From positions 6,016,001 through 6,080,000 of the forward strand of contig OZ253462.1 of assembly GCA_965261395.1 (NCBI GenBank): a stretch of DNA of 64,000 nucleotides. Reading direction: 5' to 3'. Positions 58,466-64,000 of this stretch are shown piece by piece. A model generated the notes under the pieces. The model was not told the origin of the DNA, ran no database searches, and was given only the letters and a program-made list of their open reading frames with translations. The stretch comes from Candidatus Latescibacterota bacterium. Lineage in GTDB: Bacteria; Latescibacterota; UBA2968; UBA8231. Made by a program: the position numbers and the translations under genes. Every line of letters starts with the position of its first letter. Within the stretch, counting starts at the first letter, position 1.

Positions 58466-58657
58466 TGAAGATACCTTATGTATAAGAGGGTGGGTGCGAA
58501 GAATGCGATCCGCAGTTTGAAGGCCTGCTCTGCGGGCCACTTTTGCCTGTATTGTGGATGGACTATTTTTATAACATTAGCCAAAATTCAAGCTCGGTCA
58601 ACTAGCTATTCGGCGACCTCTTACCACTCGACAAATTCATAGAAAACACAGCCAGCC

Positions 58658-59371
58658 ATGCCCGATCTGATTGCCTTTGACGCCGACGATACCCTGTGGG
58701 AAAACGAGATCTACTTTGAAACAGCCAAAGATCGCTTTAAACATCTGTTGGCCTCCGACTGCGATCCGGCGTGGACCGAGCGGGAGCTGTATGAGACTGA
58801 AATGCGCAACCTAGCTCACTTTGGCTACGGCATCAAAGGCTTCACCCTGTCCATGATCGAGACGGCCCTCGATCTGACAAAGGGCGCGATAACGGGGCAG
58901 CAAATCCGCCAGATTTTGGACTATGGCAAAGAGCTGCTGCAAATGCCCATCGAACCGCTGCCCCACGTCGAGGAGGTGCTCGCCCACCTGTCCAGAACTC
59001 GTCCCCTGATGCTGCTGACCAAGGGCGATTTGTTCGACCAAGAGGCCAAGATCGCCCGCTCCGGCTTGGCCGACCACTTCACCTACATCGAAATCGTTAG
59101 CGACAAAAACGAGGAAACCTATGCGGCCCTGCTGCAGCGCCACGGCATCCAGCCAGCCGACTTTTGCATGGTGGGCAATTCGCTCAAGTCGGATATCCTG
59201 CCCGTCGTCGCCTTGGGCGGGCACGCCGTCCACGTCCCTTATCACACTACTTGGACCCACGAACGCGTCGAGCCTTCGGAGGCCGAGCGCCGGCAATACC
59301 ACCAAATAGCCCACCTAGGCGAACTGCCCGACCTGCTCGCAGAGCGGTTCGCTTCCACCGTCCCAAACTAA
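58658..59371 (+). CDS. HAD-family hydrolase
   Basis: FDADDTLW, LTKGD and MVGNSLKSDI. Confidence 0.9.
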   Translation: MPDLIAFDADDTLWENEIYFETAKDRFKHLLASDCDPAWTERELYETEMRNLAHFGYGIKGFTLSMIETALDLTKGAITGQQIRQILDYGKELLQMPIEPLPHVEEVLAHLSRTRPLMLLTKGDLFDQEAKIARSGLADHFTYIEIVSDKNEETYAALLQRHGIQPADFCMVGNSLKSDILPVVALGGHAVHVPYHTTWTHERVEPSEAERRQYHQIAHLGELPDLLAERFASTVPN

Positions 59372-59412
59372 AACCGTGCCTTCGTCCGGCCTTCCCGCGC
59401 GACGGACCTGCA

Positions 59413-61458
59413 ATGCCGGCGACCGATTCTACCACACCTGAGCCGGGCCGGGTTGGCCGTCTGCTGCCGGCCGCCTTTCGCTCGCGGCTGGATCTGGAGC
59501 CGTCCGACCCGGAGCCTACCGTCGAAGAGGCCGGCTCGGCCTTTACGCTTCGGGCCTTTGCACTGGGCACCTTTTTGGCCGCTTTCATCGGCGGCGGCAT
59601 AGCCTATAGTACCCTGTACCTGCAAGGCTCCTTCATGGCCTTGGGCTTTAGCACAGTAGGGGCGGTTTGCCTGCTGGCCCTGCTGACGGGCTTGGTCAAT
59701 CCCCTGCTCAAGTTGGGTGGGACGCGGGGTTTGCGCCGAGGTGAATTGCTGCTGGTCTATATCATGATGGTGATGGCCTCGCCCATCCCCATCGTTTTTA
59801 CCTCGAAGATCATCAGCCAGCTAGCGTCCCCCTTTTACTTTGCCACGCCCGAAAACGATTGGCAGAGCCTCATCCATCCCCACATCCCTCACTGGATGAT
59901 GCCGCGCCAGCTCGGCGACGCCCAGTTCTTCTTTGAGGGCATGGGTGCCGCCTACACAGTGCCGTGGAAGGCTTGGCTGTTGGCGTTGGCGGCTTGGCAG
60001 CCCTTTATCTGGTCCCTCTTCTTGGTGATGATCGCCATCATGGTCGTTTTGCGGCGGCAGTGGATCGACAACGAGCGCCTCGTCTATCCGCTGGTGCAGG
60101 TGCCGCTGGCCATGACCGCAATGGGGGAGAGCACGGAGCGCTGGTCGCCTTTTTTCAAAAATCGGGGGATGTGGATCGGTTTCACCCTCGCCGCCACTTG
60201 GAGCACGCTGCACGGTCTGTACGCCTATTTCCCGGAAGGCGTGCATTTCGCCCGCGGAGTCGATCTGTTCCACCAAACAGTGCCGATCATGCGCGACACC
60301 ACTTCGCTGCATATCATCTTCCGCTTCCACATCCTCGGTTTTTTCTACTTCCTCAAGACCGAAGTCGCCCTCAGTCTGTGGGTCTTTAACCTGTTGGCCA
60401 ATGTCTTGCGCGGTGCTTTCGCCATCCTCGGCATCGGCAGTACGCCCAGCTTGGGTAGTGGTCACGGCATCGGACATACGCTTCAGGTCTATCACGCCAT
60501 GGGCGCCATGCTGGTCCTCTTCCTCGGCGGCTTGTGGGCCGCCCGCCGTCATCTGGCCGCGGTCTGGCGCAAAGCTTGGTTTGGCGACCCGGCCGTTGAT
60601 GACGGCGAGGAAATCCTGTCTTACCGGGCGGCGGTGGCCATCCTCGTCGTCGGCACGGCGATCATGCTCGGCTGGCTGTGGCTGGCCGGATTGCCGCTGT
60701 GGGCTGGCGTGGTCCTGCTGTTTCTGGCCGGTGCCCTCTTTGTCGCCTTCACCCGAATAGTGGCTGAAGGCGGTCTGTCAGACGGCGCGCCGCCCGTGGT
60801 GCCGGCTGGCATCCTCATCTCCGCGGTGGGTTCGTCGGCGCTGGGGGCACCGGGCTTGGTCTTGCTGGCCAGCACCTATATCTGGACGGCCAATGTCCGC
60901 AGCTTTGTCATGGCCTCCTGCGCCAACAGTCTGAAACTGGGCGGGGAATTGAGCCGGGGGCGTCGGCCTTTGTTTTGGGCTATGGTCGTGGCCATAGCCG
61001 TGGCGCTAATGGCATCGACTTGGATGATCTTGGAGCTGAGCTACGAGCACGGCAATCTCAACCTGCGGGGTACGGTCAGCCGCGAAGCCCCCTACCGCTA
61101 TGTCGAGGGCTTACTGCGCTACCCGAGCGAACTGCATCTGTGGGGCTGGATCAATATGGGCCTGGGCGCGGCCATCATGCTGGGCTTGACTGTGGCCCGT
61201 TGGCATTACGCTTGGTGGCCCTTGCATCCTTTGGGCTATCCCATTGGGCCGACTTGGATTATGGACCATCTGTGGTTCAATATGTTTTTGGCTTGGTTGA
61301 TCAAAGTCCTAGTGCTCAAGTACGGCGGTGCCGACCGCTACCACCGGACTAGGCCGTTTTTTATGGGCCTGATCTTGGGGCAACTGCTGCCGGGCGGCAT
61401 CTTCCTCGTCATCGACCATTTTACCGGCACGGTCGGCAATGTGATTTTCTGGGGTTGA
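59413..61458 (+). CDS. DUF6785/DUF6784-like multi-pass membrane protein (putative peptide transporter)
   Basis: Many TMs with ELLLVYIMM, LRRQWIDNERLVYPL, RIVAEGG, WWPLHPLGY and LKYGG..RPFFMGLILG. Confidence 0.7.
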   Translation: MPATDSTTPEPGRVGRLLPAAFRSRLDLEPSDPEPTVEEAGSAFTLRAFALGTFLAAFIGGGIAYSTLYLQGSFMALGFSTVGAVCLLALLTGLVNPLLKLGGTRGLRRGELLLVYIMMVMASPIPIVFTSKIISQLASPFYFATPENDWQSLIHPHIPHWMMPRQLGDAQFFFEGMGAAYTVPWKAWLLALAAWQPFIWSLFLVMIAIMVVLRRQWIDNERLVYPLVQVPLAMTAMGESTERWSPFFKNRGMWIGFTLAATWSTLHGLYAYFPEGVHFARGVDLFHQTVPIMRDTTSLHIIFRFHILGFFYFLKTEVALSLWVFNLLANVLRGAFAILGIGSTPSLGSGHGIGHTLQVYHAMGAMLVLFLGGLWAARRHLAAVWRKAWFGDPAVDDGEEILSYRAAVAILVVGTAIMLGWLWLAGLPLWAGVVLLFLAGALFVAFTRIVAEGGLSDGAPPVVPAGILISAVGSSALGAPGLVLLASTYIWTANVRSFVMASCANSLKLGGELSRGRRPLFWAMVVAIAVALMASTWMILELSYEHGNLNLRGTVSREAPYRYVEGLLRYPSELHLWGWINMGLGAAIMLGLTVARWHYAWWPLHPLGYPIGPTWIMDHLWFNMFLAWLIKVLVLKYGGADRYHRTRPFFMGLILGQLLPGGIFLVIDHFTGTVGNVIFWG

Positions 61459-64000
61459 ATAGCGTGGCGACTGCATACAAAAATGGCGCGTCTGCCGGTG
61501 TAGGGGCGACCGGTCGGTCGCCCCTACAAATAATATGTCTCTCGATCTGGTTGGGGCTGCTGCAAACGCCCTGCTACGGCGAGGTGGCTGCCTTGCGCGC
61601 CACTATCGAAGCGCTAAGCGCGGTTGATTCTCGCTTGGCTGGCTATCCCGGTGCCGAAGCGGGTGCCGCGTTGGTGGAGCGAGCGTTGGTCGCGGCTGGT
61701 GTCGAAGCGGTGCGGCGCGACTCGTTTGCCGTGGTGGTGCCCATAGATCGCGGTGGGCACCTGCGCTTGGAGCCAAGCGGGGAGGAGGTGCCGCTGTGGG
61801 GCCTGTGGCCGAATCTGGCGCGGACGGTCACGCTGCCGCCAGAGGGCTTGCAAGCGCCGATGATCTACGGCGGCCGGGGCGAGTGGAGCGACTTCGACGG
61901 CCACGCTATGGACGGGCGCATTGTCCTGCTGGAATTCGACAGTTGGAACCACTGGCTGCGTGCCGCTTCGCTGGGCGCTCGGGCCGTGGTATTTATCGCG
62001 CCCGAGCAGGCCAACCGCCACCAAGCCGACGCCAAATACGCCCAAGTGCCGCTCGACATCCCCCGCTTCTGGATCGAGCGCGAAGCGGGGCTGGACTTGC
62101 GCCAGCGACTGCGAGCCGGCGAGCTATGGGTACACTTACAGGGTCGCATGGACTGGGAACAGCGGCCGGCGTGGAATATCTGGGGCCTGATCCCCGGTGC
62201 CGATCCCGAGCTGGCCGATGAACGCGTCGCCATCCAAGCGTACTACGACGGCATTTCCGTGGTGCCGGGCCGGGCACCCAGTGCTGAGACCGCCTGCGGC
62301 ATCGCTGCTTTATTGGAATTGGCCCGCCATCTCGCCGCCCATCCGCCGGCGCGCACCACCATCCTAGTGGCGACCTCGGCTCATTTCCAGGCCCGCCAGG
62401 GCATGGCCGACTTTCTCGCCCGCCACGCCCGACGCCTAAAGGAACCCCTCCACATCGACCTGTTCATCGGCCTCGATCTGTCGAGCCGCACGGATCAAGT
62501 CGGCCTCTGGAACAATACCGCCAAGCCCGAATTGCGCCGCTTTTTCGCCCCATTCGGTCGCCGCTTCAGGGATTACGCCGGCACTTTAGACTCGGCCGCA
62601 GTCGGTAGTTTGGTCAACGGCATCACTCCCATCAAGGGCTTGGAATGGTCGGCGTACATGCCCGGCGGAATAGCCGCCGACAGCCAACTCGCCCTCGAAG
62701 GCGGCTTGATTTCCTTGGGCCTGATCACCGTGAACGACGCTCGCCTGCAGGTTGATTCGCCGCTGGACCAGCCAGCTGCGGTCAACTACGACAATCTGGA
62801 TCGCCAAGTCGCCTTGCTAAACGGTGTGTTGCAACAGGCCCTAAACGATCCACAATTGTTGGAAGAGAAAGCGGCCTTTGGGCCGGTGTTGCAGGATCGC
62901 TTGCGCGACTTGCTCCTCAAGGTGCGGACCTTTCCACGCCGCTCGCAAACGCCGGACCGGCCGGTGCCTGACGCCGTGGCCGTAGTGCGGTCGCAAAACC
63001 GGGCCAACACTGACAAAGCCGTCAAAGGGGTGCGCATCGCCCAAGTCCATCTGAGTGACGACGAGGGCGAGTTGCTCATAACTGGGTTGCCGCAGGCTCA
63101 GTACCGCACCAGTGTGTACGTCTTGGACCCGCACAGCGGTGCCATTGCCTACGCCGTCGATCTGAGCAAAAGGGCGCAAGGCTTCCACGGGGTGCCGCTG
63201 TTCGACGGCTCCATCCCAAGCACTGTCCAGTGGGCACTCACCGAGCAATCGGTAGTGGTATTCCCCTGCCTGAGCCGCCCTTTTTACGGCCTAATTAGCC
63301 CGCGCTCGCTCAATTTCTTGGGCGGCATCTCCCTGCTCAACCGCTACGACACCAGCCCGCGCCAATTCGGCTATGCGCTGGGCAGCGGCCTCGACGAAGC
63401 GGCCGGGGTGGTATTTGGGCCGCAGGACGACGATCCGCAAAATCGCATCAAGATACTGGCGGGCCGACAACTGCTGCTGCTCAACAATGGCATCCCCGGC
63501 AGCCGCCCCAACGGCGAGGGTTTTTCCCTAGCCGAGGAGCGGCTGGTGCCGACGCTGTTGCAGGCCGCTTGGGATATGTGGCGTCTCGACGAGGATCGGC
63601 TACAGACCATGCGCGACCACGCCATTGAAAACCAGCACTTACAGCACCTGCACGAACGCACCGCCCAAGTCCTCGAAGCCGCCCAAGAGGCCGCTCGCCA
63701 AAAAGAATGGAGCCGCTACGTGGCCCATCTGCGAGTGGCGCTGGGGCTGGAAAACCAGGTCTATCCGCAGGCTATGGCGACCTTAAACGACGTCATAAAG
63801 GGCATGGTATTCTTCTTGGCGCTGCTCATTCCCGCGGCTTTTTTGGGCGAGCGCCTGCTGCTGGGGGCGGCGCAGATCACGCGGCAACTGGCTGGTTTTG
63901 GCGCGTTATTGGCCGTGGCCTGGCTCGCGGTTTCCCAAGTGCATCCCGCCTTTGCCATTGCCCATCCGCTGGTCATCTTGCTGGCCTTTGCCATCATGGC
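61455..64000 (+). CDS. Large protein with PA + degenerate M28-peptidase-like domain followed by membrane segments (FtsX-like permease family); partial
   Basis: Missing from the ORF track because it is open at the edge. It reads SRLAGYPG..IYGGRG..NIWGLIPG..AIQAYYDGISVVPGRAPSAE..SAHFQ..GLDLSS, with TM helices near 63790-64000. Start is TTG 61455 (TTGA overlap) or GTG 61464. Confidence 0.78.
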   Translation, partial: MNSVATAYKNGASAGVGATGRSPLQIICLSIWLGLLQTPCYGEVAALRATIEALSAVDSRLAGYPGAEAGAALVERALVAAGVEAVRRDSFAVVVPIDRGGHLRLEPSGEEVPLWGLWPNLARTVTLPPEGLQAPMIYGGRGEWSDFDGHAMDGRIVLLEFDSWNHWLRAASLGARAVVFIAPEQANRHQADAKYAQVPLDIPRFWIEREAGLDLRQRLRAGELWVHLQGRMDWEQRPAWNIWGLIPGADPELADERVAIQAYYDGISVVPGRAPSAETACGIAALLELARHLAAHPPARTTILVATSAHFQARQGMADFLARHARRLKEPLHIDLFIGLDLSSRTDQVGLWNNTAKPELRRFFAPFGRRFRDYAGTLDSAAVGSLVNGITPIKGLEWSAYMPGGIAADSQLALEGGLISLGLITVNDARLQVDSPLDQPAAVNYDNLDRQVALLNGVLQQALNDPQLLEEKAAFGPVLQDRLRDLLLKVRTFPRRSQTPDRPVPDAVAVVRSQNRANTDKAVKGVRIAQVHLSDDEGELLITGLPQAQYRTSVYVLDPHSGAIAYAVDLSKRAQGFHGVPLFDGSIPSTVQWALTEQSVVVFPCLSRPFYGLISPRSLNFLGGISLLNRYDTSPRQFGYALGSGLDEAAGVVFGPQDDDPQNRIKILAGRQLLLLNNGIPGSRPNGEGFSLAEERLVPTLLQAAWDMWRLDEDRLQTMRDHAIENQHLQHLHERTAQVLEAAQEAARQKEWSRYVAHLRVALGLENQVYPQAMATLNDVIKGMVFFLALLIPAAFLGERLLLGAAQITRQLAGFGALLAVAWLAVSQVHPAFAIAHPLVILLAFAIM
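61499..61528. repeat. GTAG-type REP palindrome
   Basis: TGTAGGGGCGACCG-GT-CGGTCGCCCCTACA, with perfect 14-bp arms. Confidence 0.85.

Noticed and set aside
59164-59412. N-terminal extension of the DUF6785-like ORF
   Set aside because: It overlaps the HAD gene and is low-complexity; ATG 59413 is the more plausible start. The same reasoning applies to the extended starts listed for ORFs at 43947, 45867, 49242, 30747 and 58540.
61614-63997. Short ORFs on both strands at the right end
   Set aside because: They are shadows of the single long + strand frame that runs off the window.

Overview
GC-rich bacterial chromosomal segment, mostly housekeeping and envelope genes. The gene content suggests an FCB-group organism such as Ca. 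Latescibacterota, possibly host- or sponge-associated. This is inferred from a FlgD/T9SS-like C-terminal domain, a C-terminal 'TWGxLK' motif, TPR/FG-GAP/ASPIC-UnbV, spondin, DUF6785-type and Minf_1886-type genes. Left to right: a divergent uvrA (runs off the left edge); a TolC / MlaC-DUF3047 fusion / MlaC / MMPL operon; a sarcosine-oxidase-like gene; tRNA-Gly(GCC); a TPR-FG-GAP-UnbV lipoprotein; PBP1A; a ytfI-ytfJ-like pair; rlmN; an M23 peptidase; larC; dppA/dppB; a double-spondin lipoprotein; an M6 protease; a LolB-like/TPR pair; dppC; glgB; a DprE1/DprE2-like pair; a lower-GC accessory patch (STAS remnant, CHAD, SIR2-like, HigBA-like TA, NsrR-like, cupin); a PQQ dehydrogenase; nupC; dinJ-yafQ with a nonsense-inactivated toxin; msrP; a TonB-dependent receptor; a HAD hydrolase; and a DUF6785-like membrane protein followed by a large degenerate-M28/membrane protein (runs off the right edge). 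Most notable observations: (1) an adaptor-less MMPL + two MlaC + TolC candidate lipid-transport system; (2) an exact 37-bp repeat / 35-bp spacer / 37-bp repeat inserted in frame inside a gene; (3) the DUF6785 + pseudo-M28 transporter module, with a REP palindrome inside its reading frame; (4) a probable ~9.6-kb inversion splitting dppABC; (5) a CCWGG deamination signature. All family calls come from motif recognition only, with no database search.
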